A DNA stretch of 63,764 bases, the filler included, from Reticulomyxa filosa (lineage: Eukaryota > Protista > Foraminifera), in assembly GCA_000512085.1 (NCBI GenBank). It is 24 parts of 24 records of this genome, joined end to end, with 100 filler letters (N's around TTAATTAATTAA, not from the genome) between each part and the next. Parts side by side here need not be neighbours in the genome. Positions count along the whole stretch, not along the records: positions 11,042 to 14,582 come from ASPP01025020.1; positions 14,683 to 18,402 come from ASPP01021345.1; positions 18,503 to 19,711 come from ASPP01031881.1; positions 19,812 to 22,150 come from ASPP01016961.1; positions 22,251 to 24,474 come from ASPP01026405.1; positions 24,575 to 26,864 come from ASPP01012267.1; positions 26,965 to 28,128 come from ASPP01026346.1; 17 more parts are not named here. The stretch is one strand, 5' to 3'. Each line of letters begins with the position of its first letter. Position 1 is the first letter of the stretch. The translations under genes were made by a program, and so were the position numbers. Of this stretch, positions 13,293-27,216 are shown one piece after another. The notes below the pieces were generated by a model. That model ran no database searches. It had not been told where the DNA came from and was given only the letters and a program-made list of their open reading frames with translations.

Positions 13293-14582
13293 TTACAAAT
13301 TTTTCAATTTAAATTTGACTGCTTTTGTTTTTTGATGATTTTTACCCAATTTTTGAGTATAAATTGATAATGCATTTTCATAATACTTCCTTGCCTCCTT
13401 TTTCTTTCCTTTTTCACAATTGATATCTCCTAAAATACTATATGAATCACCAACATCTGGATGGTCAGAATCCAATTTATTCAATCTCAATCTCAATGAT
13501 TTCTTTCCAAATTCCATTGCTTTGTCGTATTCTTGTTTATTACAATAGATATATGCCAAATTGCTGTATGAAGTAGCAACATCAGGATGATCATGTCCCA
13601 ATTTATTCAAACTAATTTTCAATGATTTTTCATAATATTCAATGGCTTTGTCATATTCTCCTTTGTTTTCATAAACATTCCCCAGGTTGTTATATGAAGT
13701 AGCAACATCAGGGTGATCATGTCCCAATTTATCCAATTGAATTTCCAATGATTTTTCATAATATTCAATTGCTTTGTCATATTCTCCTTTGCTTTTATAA
13801 ACATTTCCCAAATTGTTGTATGAAATAGCAACATGAGGATGATCATACCCCAATTTATCCAATATGATTTTCAAATCTTTTTTGTAATATTCAATTGCTT
13901 TGTCATATTCTCCTTTGATTTTATAAACAAGTCCTAAATTGTTGTATGAAGTAGCAACATGAAGATGATCAGGTCCCAATTTATCCAATATAATTTTCAA
14001 ATCCTTTTCATAATATTCAATTGCTTTGTCATATTCTCCTTTGCTTTTATAAGCATTTCCCAAATTGTTGTATGAAGTAGCAACATCAGGATGATCATGT
14101 CCCAATTTATCCAATTGAATTTTCAATGATTCTTCATGATACTCAATTGCCTTGTCATATTCTCCTTTCATCAAATAAACACTTCCTAAACGGTTGTATG
14201 GATTAGTAACATCAGGATGATCATGCCCCAATTTATCCAATTGAATTTTCAATGATTTTTCATAATATTCAATTGCTTTGTCATATTCTCCTTTGTCATC
14301 ATATGCCTTGCCTAACCAGGCATAAGAATAAGCAACATCAATATGAGAATCATGTAATGTTTGCAGTCTAACACGAAGTGCGAAACGAAATAACTGAATT
14401 GCTTTATTTAATTTTGATACATTTAATGCATTTTCCCCCAATTCCATTAAATTTTCTGTATCAATAGGCCAAGAGCAAGTGAAAACATGAGAAGGGAAAT
14501 GACAACGAACAACAGATTGATTTGTGTGAATAAGTTGTTGAGTAATATGACAATTTCCAATTCCATCAATAATACAATCAAT
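13293..14582 (-). CDS. TPR repeat protein (42-aa TPR_12, kinesin-light-chain-like units), 5'-truncated
   Basis: About 8 tandem units like HPDVATSYNNLGNVYxxKGEYDKAIEYYEKSLKIQLDKLGHD (126-bp DNA repeats). The frame stays open upstream of M14447 to the contig end; intronless. Confidence 0.95.
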   Translation of the reverse strand: MDCIIDGIGNCHITQQLIHTNQSVVRCHFPSHVFTCSWPIDTENLMELGENALNVSKLNKAIQLFRFALRVRLQTLHDSHIDVAYSYAWLGKAYDDKGEYDKAIEYYEKSLKIQLDKLGHDHPDVTNPYNRLGSVYLMKGEYDKAIEYHEESLKIQLDKLGHDHPDVATSYNNLGNAYKSKGEYDKAIEYYEKDLKIILDKLGPDHLHVATSYNNLGLVYKIKGEYDKAIEYYKKDLKIILDKLGYDHPHVAISYNNLGNVYKSKGEYDKAIEYYEKSLEIQLDKLGHDHPDVATSYNNLGNVYENKGEYDKAIEYYEKSLKISLNKLGHDHPDVATSYSNLAYIYCNKQEYDKAMEFGKKSLRLRLNKLDSDHPDVGDSYSILGDINCEKGKKKEARKYYENALSIYTQKLGKNHQKTKAVKFKLKNL

Positions 14583-15768
14583 NNNNNNNNNNNNNNNNNN
14601 NNNNNNNNNNNNNNNNNNNNNNNNNNTTAATTAATTAANNNNNNNNNNNNNNNNNNNNNNNNNNNNNNNNNNNNNNNNNNNNACAATGATCATTAAACTT
14701 GTTTGTAGACTTAGAGATAACGCAAAACAAACTTTGCTTCTTGTGTTGTCACAATAGGTACTTGAAGAAACCAAATCAATATCGAGGTTTTGTCAAAGAG
14801 AGTGCTTCTATATATATATTTTTCGTGAAATTGCAACCAAATTTGTAACTGTTTTTTTATTGCATTTACTATTTTTAGAAAAAGCTACTTAATTGCAATA
14901 CAGGTAGAAAATTCGATGAAACATTATAAAAATGTTGATATTGGGTATCATTTGGATATTTCTTGTTTTCACAAAATACTAGCTATGACAACAAAATATT
15001 ATTGACATGCACGATTGTACGAAATAAAGGAATGTTGTTGAACTATTTCAATAGAAAAGGTGAAATGTAGTGGAGGCATGCAGAATAACAATCATGATGA
15101 TACAAATGAAAAGGATCGAAAATACAATAGATTGCAAAAAAAAAACCGCCATAAATAGCACTATATCTCAACGCTAAAAAAAAATTTTAAAGGTAATACT
15201 TAAGAACAGCGCAAGTCACCCTAAGCTCTGGCTATTAGCTCTTTGCTCTTTTCAATAAAAGCAAATATTTTTTTAACAAACAAACTAAAAAGAGTAATGT
15301 AAAACTTTTTTTTTACTGTGTGATATTTTGCACTTTCTTGCAGTAACTTTTCAAGCTTTGTTTCACTTTGGAGACTACTTTATTAATTTTTTCCCTTTTT
15401 GTCGTTTTATTACATTCATGTTTGTGTCTCTTGCTCCTTGCTGTTCTGATCTATCTCGTTTTCATCTTTTAACCATATTGTTGCTTTAATTGGAAAATGA
15501 TCCGATCATGTGTATACTTTCAAAATGCTAAAGGTAGGTTTTTTCTTCTGTACATTGCCCCTGCTTACTGACTATCACATAGTCTATAATTGATCCTGTT
15601 ACATTTGTTGGTTTATTATCATGGAATGTTCTATCAACATATCCTTGTTTGATATTCAGATTTCAAAATCATTGGTTTGACATAGTTGATTTAATATTAC
15701 TCCATTCTGATTGCTTTGAGTATCCACTGTTTCTTTCATAATTGAGTTTAGATCACCCATTATTATTA

Positions 15769-17800
15769 TTACGTACTGTAGCATTTGGACATTTGAATTA
15801 AATCATCCAGTGCTTTGAATACTGCGTCAATTTTTTCATCATTTTCACTGCCTTTTGACAATATGCATACAAATATTATAATTATTTTACTTTTTGGAAT
15901 CGCAATTGTCATCACGTTATCTTCTCGGTGACTGTTTTGTATTACTTTACCTGCCATTTGTTTCTATAGTAAATGCACATACCATTTTGTGGCCTCCACC
16001 GGTTTGTTCATTCTTTGTCATAATATGCACTTTGGAATATTCTCATTGCTCCCGTTATTTCTTTGTCGTATCTTTGCTGCATTTTTGCGTTTCGCATCAT
16101 CCAAAAAAATCAGTAAATTCATTATCACATAAACTTCTAAAAGCGGAATGTTGTTCATTACCCATGTTTTTCCCCCATGTACGTTTAAAAACATAATATT
16201 ACATTCTTTATGTATTATTCCATCTGCTCCATCCTTCACTTCCACATTTCACAAAGATCCACAGGATTTCAGTTCTTGTATATACTGGTCCTTTGAATCT
16301 GCAATATGTACATCTTTTAAATAAGTTGTTGCTGATCAGCGAAGCTCCCACTGCCGCATCGCCATTATTGATTTGCTTGGTCGTTCACGTTATTTTGTGG
16401 TAGTTCCTGGTTCCCTTGACTTTGTTCTTTTTGCTGCTGTTTCTTCTGGTTTCCAATCTCTTGATCCCTTATTTCTTGACTATTCAAATCTAAGTCATCT
16501 TGGCTTTGATTATTATTTTCGTTACTTTTTCTCATATTGAAATTATTGCCTAATCTATCCCTAGCATCTTTACTTTTGTCAATATTTTTACTATTTTCTA
16601 TACAAATTCTTGGTCTCACCTTACATACTGGACGTTAGTTATACGTTCGAAATAAGGTCGCATTTGGTTGAACTTTTGACTATATACGTATCCGTTTTCT
16701 TGTTGAAATGGTATTATCCATGGTCTTACCTGTTTACTAAAGATACTGTTATTTTTCTTTTGAATGTAGACGTTTTCTTCCACTCTTTACTTCCTTTGCA
16801 CTTTATTTTTTATTTTATGTTCATCAATCTATCCACCCATGTTATTCACAATCCTTGTTTTGCTTCGTTGCTTCTTGTATTTTCTGAAGAACATATTTAA
16901 CATTATTATCATCTTTTACTATTACAATCGCCATTATACTCGTACCTTTGCTGTATGTCCTAAATTGTACTTTCTGTATCATCTTTGTGCCTATCTTTAT
17001 GTTATCCAATAACCCAAATATATCCAAATATTTTACGTATCCAATGAACATTTCACCAAATAAGACGATTTTGAGTTTATTATCCCATTATCATCTTTCG
17101 TTACTTTTCTATTCTATTTCTTTTCTTCTTGTTTTTCCTCTTTCTAATATTTTCTATTTTCTTTATTTATATTTTCCTTTTGCTTTTCCTTTCGAGTTGT
17201 TTTTGCTTCTATTTTCAATTTCTCATTTTCCACTTTCGGCTTATTATTCTCTTACGTAAGTATTACAATTATCTGCCTCAATTGCTCAGCCTGCTGTTCT
17301 GCATTCAATATTTGTTCATTATTCAATTCTTCTTGTACTTTTTCTTTTTTTTTCTCATACACTTAAATTACTTTATTTTTACTTTCACTTTTTTCATTTT
17401 TTTCTTCTTCCTTTTCGAAATTTAGACTGCACTGTTCTATAATGTTAATTTTATACGTTTGCTTGATCGATCCATATATGTAACTATTTCCTTTCTAAGA
17501 TTTACTGGTTGTATATCATCTTCTTCACTATGTCTTTTCTTATCGGATGTTTGCCATCTTCCTTTTTTCCATTCAACACTATTCCTGGACCTTTTCTTAT
17601 TTGCTCCACCACATCAAATCCTATTTTCTCAAGTTCAGACCAGTATCCTTATACCATACTATGTTCCAGTCGCATCTTTTCTTTTTTCCATTTTTCTTCA
17701 GTTTTCGCTTTACTTTTGTTAGGTTCAGTTGGGGATTTTCCACTTTCTTTTTTAACTGTTCCCTACGATTTTTATTTTCAAAACTGCTTTATTTTACTTA
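15769..17800 (-). pseudogene. Decayed K/E/N-rich coding remnant, possibly repeat- or retroelement-derived
   Basis: Strong A-skew on the minus strand with several short broken ORFs; no RT, endonuclease or integrase motif found. Confidence 0.25.
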
Positions 17801-18502
17801 ATGTGAGTCTTTCTGCTTCTCTTTCCTCACTTAGAAATTACCAACGTTAGTACTATGAATGTTTTGCTCGATGATGAAAGGGGTCCAAAAGATAAAGATA
17901 AAGATAATGAGAAAGAAAAGCGACGAGACACAAAGAATAAGAATACCAATAATAATAATGAAATAAGAGAATTAAAAGAAGAAGTGAATAGATAACCAAC
18001 AAAAGCAAGCTGCATGTAACAAGTAAAGTGTATTGCAGGCACATTGACTTAACTTGCCAGCACAGTGACTGTTATTTTCAGGTGCGGACGACGGGCTGAC
18101 CAAAGTATGGCGATTCGGCTCATTACCTCCGTCGCAGGACGCAGTCAGCTCACTGTTGTGACGTCTACTGCCGCAACACAACACGTTGTTGACGGCCGGA
18201 CAAAGCGGTGCCTCATTGGATGGAACCTACATCAATGCCACAGCCATCGACTGGACAGGTATCGGTCCATTGGAGACTGTCGGCATTGTTTATTCACCTC
18301 AGGGCCTGAGATCATTGGATTAGCATCATAGTCTACGTCGTAGATATCATCTTTCTCAAAGATGCTATCTAATACCGAATCTTTTTCTTCGTCGAGACCA
18401 CTNNNNNNNNNNNNNNNNNNNNNNNNNNNNNNNNNNNNNNNNNNNNTTAATTAATTAANNNNNNNNNNNNNNNNNNNNNNNNNNNNNNNNNNNNNNNNNN
18501 NN

Positions 18503-19602
18503 AAAAAAAAAAAAAGTTAAGCAGCAAAGGTGAAAAAGCAGCCGAAATGATGGAGAAGGTATCGGAAGATGACGAATTGAACATGTCAATTGCGAACGCA
18601 GTGAGCGTGTTATGGACAGAGGACGCGATTCTCAACGCGCATAAAAAAGGGGGTTATTACGTGCTGGAAACATCTGCATATTTCTTTGACAAGGTACAGT
18701 CTCTTGCGGACCCATCTTACTCTTTCACAGCGCAAGATATAGTGAGTGCAAAAGTATCAATCTCAAAACGTCCAATGCAGTGCAATGTCGACTTGCACGG
18801 CGTGTATTTAACGTTCGTTGACTTTGGCTATCATAGCCATCAATTCAACAAACTCGTCCCTTATTTGGAAAGTTTTACTTCGATAATCTTCCTCAGTGCA
18901 CTAAGTGGTTACTGTGCCTATGTGCCAGAGACTTATAAGAGGAAATACTATGATTTCATTGCAGATGACAACCAGACTACTGCTGCTACTGTAATTCCAA
19001 GTACAAATGTGAATACAGGCCAAAATCAAAATGATGACGACAAACAAAAGAATGACGAAAAGGAAAATAAATATGATTCTGAACATGACAATGAACAGGA
19101 GAAAAAATATGAATACGAACATGAAAATAAAAATGACAGCAACAATGAAAATAATGACAATGATGACGACGAACCGAAAATAGTCAATTGTTTATTGAAT
19201 GATATCGCATTGTTTTATGAACTTTATCAACATTGCTTTTCTGTATTGGGAATGGTATTGCTATTAACCAAAACGGACTTGTTTGCTTCGAAGATTAAAC
19301 ATACCCCGTTGACTGCTTGTTTTCCTCAATACAATGGAGCATCGGACTTCGATGCATGCACTGAATTTATCGTTTCACGGTTCACGGTCTACCAGAATAC
19401 ACAGGCTAGAGCATATATTCATCTGGTTAATTTGTTAGATGCTGACAATTTTCAACGTGTTTTCCTAGATCTAGCACATATCTTTCGTCCACACCACTAC
19501 GCTTCATGTTATTATTATTTTATTTTTTTTTTTTTTTTTGTCTTTGTTATCACATATAACAATGTTATAATTTTGTCAAATTGTGTCCTCTCAGATCTTT
19601 AA
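18503..19602 (+). CDS. Divergent heterotrimeric G-protein alpha subunit, 5'-truncated
   Basis: LWTEDAI...SAYFFDKVQSLADPSY...QDIV, SIIFLSALSGY, LLLTKTDLFASKIKHTPLTACFPQYNG and FIVSRF...IHLVNLLDADNFQRVF align with the G-alpha helical and Ras-like domains. 3' end approximate. Confidence 0.9.
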
Positions 19603-22250
19603 GCGCAAGATTTTTTTAAGAGAATCAGAGTTTTATGGTTGAAAAGTCGATTGTGAAGATCAAACTAAACTTATAAAACATTTTTCATGTTTCATTTCTG
19701 TTTATTTTTTTNNNNNNNNNNNNNNNNNNNNNNNNNNNNNNNNNNNNNNNNNNNNTTAATTAATTAANNNNNNNNNNNNNNNNNNNNNNNNNNNNNNNNN
19801 NNNNNNNNNNNAATAAAAAACCAAAATGATATTTAAAAAGTACACGATTTGTAGACATTTTTAAAAATAGGTCTGAATGTTGTTTTTTCATCTAGAAAAT
19901 CAATCATCTCTATAAGGTGCTGTTTTAGATTTCAACTTTACTTTGCATTCTGCTGTATTTTCAATCAGAATAGTTATTCTGATTATTAGTTTGGTGTTAT
20001 AATTATGTACTACATGTATGGCGAAGTTTTATTTTTTGCAATATGGTTGATATATGTAAAACACTTTTCTTCGTTTTTGTTTTTTCAAAAGTCATGTCAA
20101 ATCCCCTGTTTAAAAAAAACTCTTATAAAAATTTAGCAAGTATTTGAATTTTGGTGCTGTCATTTGTAGTATTATGCAATATTGCATATGTTAGTCGATC
20201 ATTTGCACACAATACTTTCGGTTTGCGCTTTGTCGTCACACGACATGTTAATAAATGAATGCTTGACTGTACGTTGTGAATCTGTATGCAGACAATGCTA
20301 TGTCTATTTGAAATAAGTGTAATGCATGCATATTTCCAACTCACAATTGGACAACCAGTTGCAGTTTACGCAAAGCATTGTGGAGTTGTCGTCATTGCCT
20401 GCGCTATTGATGTTGCATTTGATTGCTCATTGTTGTCTGTTTAATGTATATTATTATATTGTCACATCATACGATACTTGCGTGATGTACTATTGTTGTT
20501 ATTGCTGTTGCTGCATTTGTATGTTTTTTTTCGAAAGACCAGCTAGTCTATGTGCGTCCATTCATTGTTGCTCTTTTAATCAAATATACTGCTTTGTGGA
20601 AAGTTTCAGTCAAATACAACTGCAAGATTCCATTCGTACATTATTTTAGCAGTTTTCTTGGTTCTTCTATCCTGCGTCCAAATCTCGCTTTGAATATTGA
20701 TCAAGCAGTATGTTACCACTTCCACTTTGCTGTATCTTCATGCCACGTGCAAATTCGTCATCCTGCTTTCGCTTATTTGGTTTTGTCCTTCACGTGTTGA
20801 AAGAGGAACCAAATGCATATCATAATGTCACTTCAACGATAATCGTCAAAGATATCTAGCACATGTTTTTGTTGTGCTTTTAATAGCTTTAAGGCCAACT
20901 CACGCACATGCGAAGTTATGATATCCGATAGTAAAAAAGATGACATCCAAAGTTCAAAAACCGATCTGTTGTAATCAAGTGTTCACTTTTGCTTGTAAAT
21001 TAATTTTCCATAAGGAGATTGTAAACCAAAACATACTTGCTTAGAGTAAAAAATAATAACAAAATTTTTTCTTATATTGGATTTTAGTTAGTAGTGACTG
21101 ATTCGAACCAAAATTCTTTCCTTTAATGTAAAGAAATATTAAAAGGTTGTCAAAAAAAAAAACTTTGTTTATTAACAACAACAGTTGCATGTCCGTTTTG
21201 CTTATGACATCCAATGTTGAACTGATTGATGTTAAAATTTAATTTGATTTCAACGTTCGACGTAGAAAATATTACAGTACAAAGTTTCCAGGCTTCAAAA
21301 CGCGCAGGAAACTCAAAGTAGTGTGTATAAAGCAACGATTGTTAACGTCAATTGATCGAAAGCGAACAAACGATAAAAAATTAATTCATCATATATTACG
21401 AATAAAAGTTAAAGAATTGTTAAGATTTAGCACTTGTTTTTACAAAGATTAGAATTAACGTTGCATAAAAAAAATGGAAAAAGGTAACATCTAAAGGTCG
21501 CCTCAATTCCTGGCTTTTGCAAAGATAAATTAAAGTAAAACTTTAATGTGGAAATACAATCTTCCACAGAATGTAGTATTTGAAAAAGTTTTCTGACCAC
21601 AAACCACTTGTTTTACAAAGTTTTGATAGGAATTGAAATAAGATTGAACACCACACCCAAACTTGGAAAAAAGAAATGTGTTGAAAAACAAACAAAAAAC
21701 ATCTTGTAGTGCGAAAAACAAGTAAAACGATTTTGAAAAGAAAAAGCAAATAAAAAACGCCATTTGTGCATGAGCAGACGAATCTCTGTTTCATACCCAT
21801 AATTGGTGTTTTTTATTTATTTTTTTTCCGAACCGAAGAAATTGATCTAAAAAAAAAAAGAAAGAAAGGAAGGAAAGAGAGATAACATAAAAAATAAAAC
21901 CAAAAAAAAAGAGAAAAGTTTTTGAAATGAAAAAATTATTGTCTTTTTGGACGTTTTGGTTTAATCGAATAAATGACAGACGCGAAATTGCGGTCTTGTT
22001 CTGAGTCGCTATCACCCCACAATGTAGATTCAGTGAGGAATCGCTTGTGATCCTTTGCATTTTTTGTTTGTTTGTTTTGTAGTCAGTTGTTTACAAGTTA
22101 CAATAACAACAAAGCAATGTATCGAGATTTAGAGATTTTTTTTTTTTTTTNNNNNNNNNNNNNNNNNNNNNNNNNNNNNNNNNNNNNNNNNNNNTTAATT
22201 AATTAANNNNNNNNNNNNNNNNNNNNNNNNNNNNNNNNNNNNNNNNNNNN

Positions 22251-22881
22251 AATTGACAAAACAATTCGTTTATGGGATGTTGAAACATCAAAACCATTAC
22301 ATGTTTTCAATGGACATGAAAATATTGTTTGGTGTGTTGATATTTCACCATTACAAAGCAATAACAAAAATGATAATAATAATAATAATAAAATGAATAA
22401 TATTGGTGTGATTGGTGGAAATGGATATACAATTTGTTCGGGATCATTGGATAAAACCATTCGAATATGGGATATTGAAACAACAAAACAATTCAATTTA
22501 TTCAAAGGACATGACCGTTATTTGACGAGTGTAAAATATGGATCAAATGGATTAGTGAATATAATATTATCTGGATCATATGATAACAGTGTTCGTTTGT
22601 GGGATATTCGATCTGGTGGACAAATTCAAGTGTTCAATGGACATATATATGCCGTATATACTGTTGAATATTCACCATTTGTAATAAAGAATAGTAGTGA
22701 TAATTCAAATGTGATATGTTCTGGATCAGATGATAATACAATTCGTTTTTGGGATATTCGATCAAATAAGAATGAATTGTATAATATCGAAGGAGATGAA
22801 GATGATGGAATAATTTGTCTTAAATTTATTGTATTGAAAAAGAAAGAGAAGACAAAGAATATTACAAAAACATTATTTTGA
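22251..22881 (+). CDS. WD40 repeat protein, 5'-truncated
   Basis: Repeated ICSGSxDxTIRxWD and FNGH units; AT-rich, intronless. Confidence 0.93.
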
Positions 22882-24639
22882 ACAATAATTTGAGAAACAA
22901 CAAGTTCAATCCAGTGAACAACTGAGTATGTTGCAAAAAATACTGGTATACCTAAATGGCATCTCTATGAAGATAATCGATTTTCTCCATGAAAGATAAA
23001 TATTTAAACCTAATTTTTTAAAAAAATATTCACAAATTTTGTAGTTATTAAATATAATGAAATCAGTTAAAAATTGATAAAAAAATCTAAAAGACGTGCT
23101 GAACAAGAAAATAATTAAAAGATTGTAGCCGTTACACTTAGTGTAACATTTACGTGGAGGTTTGTAAGGAAAACAAGTTTTGATTGATTGCAAAAAGAAA
23201 AGTGTTTTGATTTTTGGAAATTAACTGATTACGTTTTTTTAAATTTGAATGTCCACCTCTGAACGATAAACTCGAAGAACTTGGCATATCATTAAAAAAA
23301 TTCGTGATTTATGTCTAAAAAAAAACAAATGAAAATGCACAAAATTTTTTCTTTGAACTGTTAGGAGATAATTACAATATAATATTGGAATCAATTTTTA
23401 TTTTAACAAAAAGCGTATTTAGATACAAATACCCGGTTTTATTCAAAGATGTTTGGCTGTCGATTCGTGTCCACACGAGAAAGTGGATGCCCTCTCTCAA
23501 ATATTTCAACATTTACATTTATATATACCACAATTACAAATCCTCTTTCGTAGAACAAGCTGCTCCACACTATATATATGTTATATTTTGTATTGTGTAT
23601 TTCTGTATTCGGTACCTCGCATATCGAGGTCCGTTGTATGAAAAATATTAAAGGTGATAATTGGAAGGGGCCAGTCATACAGAACAAATCAAGTTAATAT
23701 GAACGGCGAGAAAATAGATCAATCGCAAAAACGCATCGCTATATCCACACAACCCCAAGCCCACGTTCCTCTTCAGTTGCAGCACCAATTCGGCTATACC
23801 TGAACAACAGCAGCTACACGTTCGCTACAATCCTTGGCCCGACTGATTCCAGTAATACGTGGCCAGTGCAAAGAGGAAACGAAATAGCAAATGAAAGGCA
23901 GTGTGGATACCGTACATTTAGTAAGTTGTTCTTATTTTTTAAGTGTTTGAAATCAATTGATGACAGTAGCTAATCACTTCACTCAGAGCAAATTGCCGTG
24001 ATTGATACTACTCCACTGACATAACTTTTTTTTTTTAAAATGATTTGTTTATACGCTTTTTCGCTAAAATAAGACCAAAAAAAAAAATTATAGAATTCTC
24101 AAGTTCTCAAATCTTACGCCACACGTAAAATTTGGCAAGATAATAGTTATTCTGTCGTTTGGAGTAACAATATTGCTGGTCTATCTGTCCTCTTACTTGT
24201 TAACCTTGCCTTTTTGCTGATAGCAACAGCGGTGAAGGTGGAAGATAATGTAACTGACATTGTTTAGTGTGTTTCCAATTATTGTTTTGTGGCTGTTTAA
24301 TGTAAGGCCGTGCGAGGTTAAAAAATATAAACAAGTACTGTGATTTGCTAACTTAGAAAGAAGGAAAAAATAACCACTGTTTAAAATTTTTCTTATTTGG
24401 AATAATGAATGAGGAACGTGTCAAGGGAGATAAACAATAAAAGGAAAAAGAATAAGTGAGTAAAAAAAAAAAAANNNNNNNNNNNNNNNNNNNNNNNNNN
24501 NNNNNNNNNNNNNNNNNNTTAATTAATTAANNNNNNNNNNNNNNNNNNNNNNNNNNNNNNNNNNNNNNNNNNNNCACACACACACACTGAAACCAAAATC
24601 AAAAAGTTAAAAAATGTAAATATCACAAAATTGGAACAG

Positions 24640-26820
24640 GTTCGGGGTGAAACCGGAAACCTATTTGACGAAGCTATGTGGCTCTTTCAACTTGCTGGAA
24701 TTTATTAGCAACAGCAAGTCCGGACAATTCTTTTTTTATTCGCACGATGGACAATTTTTAATCAAGTCCATGACACGTTCCGAAAGTTTATTTTTGCGCA
24801 AAATTTTGCCACCTTATTATCACGTTATGCAACATATGTGTATATATATATATATATAATATGTATACATAAATTGTGTTGAACTCATTTCAAACATATT
24901 TGATGTTTTGTTGCAACAGTATGTACAAGGACAGCCCAACACACTGATTACTCGCTTTTATGGGATGTATCGTGTGAAAGTGCCAGGACGCAAAGAAATC
25001 TACTTTGTTGTCATGGGTTCTGTGTTCCACAGCACCCTGGAAATCCACAAAATTTATGACTTAAAAGTTTTGTGTATCTTTTTTTTTTTTTTTGGCTCTT
25101 TTTGAAATAGCCCCCATTATACTTTGCTTTGTAGTTTTCCTTTGGTGTTATTTCTTTTCTTCACCGTTTGGCAAAAGCCGAAACAACAAAACAACAAACA
25201 AATAAACATACCCAAAAAAATTAAATAAAAAATAAAGGGGTCCACACATGGCAGACGAGCAACTGAAAAAGATCGAGAACAAGCAGTGCCAGTACTGAAA
25301 GATGTCGATTTTGAAGAAGATCGTCAGCTGTTTAGAATTGGTAAGAAACAAGCAAAATTGTTTAAAGACCAATTGCGTAAAGACGTCGAAGTTGCGTGTG
25401 CGTATTTTTATTTTTTATTTTGTTTCCCTCCCCCCCCCCCCTCCTTCCCTTCTCTTCCCTTCCCTTCCTTTCAAAAGCAAAAAAAAAAAGTACTCATGCA
25501 AAATAGTTTGACCAAAAATGAACACTACGTATATACATAAATGTAAATATAAGATATCTTTAAAAAATACATGTATGTCAATGTATGACGCAACAGCTAT
25601 TAAGAAAGTTAAATATAATGGATTACTCACTATTGGTAGGAATCCACTATCGAGACCGCGCAGAAAAAGAAAAAGAGGAAATGGAACGTGAAAAAGCAGA
25701 GCTTGAAAAAGAGGCGCAGGAAGCCGGAGAGACCACTTAATGCGACAGACACACAAACGCAAACACAAATGGGGTCGATTGCGACCGTGTCTTTAGACAC
25801 GACGACCACAGGCACTAATGGAATGATTCCCAATAGTGCAACCCCACAAACTCCTTCAGAAAGCGATTCTTGTCACAAGATTGGCATGATGATACCACAC
25901 AGCCACAGCCACAGCCTACCGTTTCCGATATTCACTCCACAACTGCCGATATGTCGGTCATGTCGTCTTCTCCAGAACCTTCTTCGGTGGCTTCGCCTGT
26001 CAATCCGATTCCCAATGCAACTGCTGTTGCTACTGATACTACCACTACTACTACTATTACTACTACTACTACTGGCACTGGTGCCAGTGCAACTGCAACA
26101 GCGCCAACAGAGGCTTCAAATGCCACAGTAACCACGGCGAAAGAAACTGATACACACTTGCATAATGGCAATGCCACAAACACGTCTCACACGAAGTTAA
26201 AAACCCCACCGCCTCCGGTGGCATCGGCTGAGACCAATACAACCTCTCCTGTTACCAATGGCAACGGGAATGATACTAAATCCAATGATGACGATACAGA
26301 AGAGAAGAAAGAAGATCCCAATATGTTGCACCGTTGAGAAAGAGAGGAGATATTCATCATCACTTTATTATATATATATATATTTATATACATATATATA
26401 TATTTATATCTACATCTGTATACGTTACTATGTTTGTATGGATGAATAACAGCTGGTCACACAGTAGGCTTGCAAGTAAAACAAAAGTCGCGGTTAGGAG
26501 TACCCTTAAGTCGTGTGGCGTCACATAGAATATCACAACTCGGCTCAAATCCTTTTTCCAAACAGTATGTAATCAAACGACCGTTGGAGAGCAAATTCGA
26601 AGTCCCGGAACTAATCGAAAATCGCCAATTGGAAGTAGAAGAAGAAGAACAAGAAGAAAATCCAAACATATTTATGAGACATCACGGAGGTATTACATAT
26701 ATTGATGATGAAGGCAACTTGGGCAATGAAGTGTATTTATGTGGGATCATTGATATTTTGCAAAAATACAACAAGCGCAAAAAAGTCGAAAACTTTTTCA
26801 AAGGAATCAAACAAGACACA
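24640..26820 (+). CDS. Phosphatidylinositol-phosphate kinase (PIP5K family), internal fragment
   Basis: SKSGQFFFYSHDGQFLIKSM, PNTLITRFYG, YDLK|GS across intron 25067-25237, LKDVDF, IMDYSLLVGIH and YLCGIIDILQKY; long Thr/Ser-rich insert. Confidence 0.96.
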
Positions 26821-26824
26821 GTTT

Positions 26825-26864
<40 letters not shown>

Positions 26865-27216
26865 NNNNNNNNNNNNNNNNNNNNNNNNNNNNNNNNNNNN
26901 NNNNNNNNTTAATTAATTAANNNNNNNNNNNNNNNNNNNNNNNNNNNNNNNNNNNNNNNNNNNNTTTCTGCAATTTGTGGTGCTATTGAATCATATATTA
27001 ATTATCATTCAATCAACGATGTTTTGTTTTTTTTTAATATTTTTTGTTTTTTTTCATTTAATAGTCAAACAAGACAATGTGTGCATTGAAATAGAAAAAT
27101 CAAGATCACAAACAAGAAAAAAAAGAAAATGAAGTTTTGTGTTTTTTTTGTTGCTGTGAATTTATTTAATTTTTGTACTTTTAAAAAAAAATAATCAGCA
27201 TCAAGCATATGTAATT

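Noticed and set aside
19812-22150. Short ORFs here and in 22900-24474, 37300-38501, 42200-43400 and 55300-56661
   Set aside because: No recognisable motif or consistent exon structure; treated as intergenic or heavily decayed.
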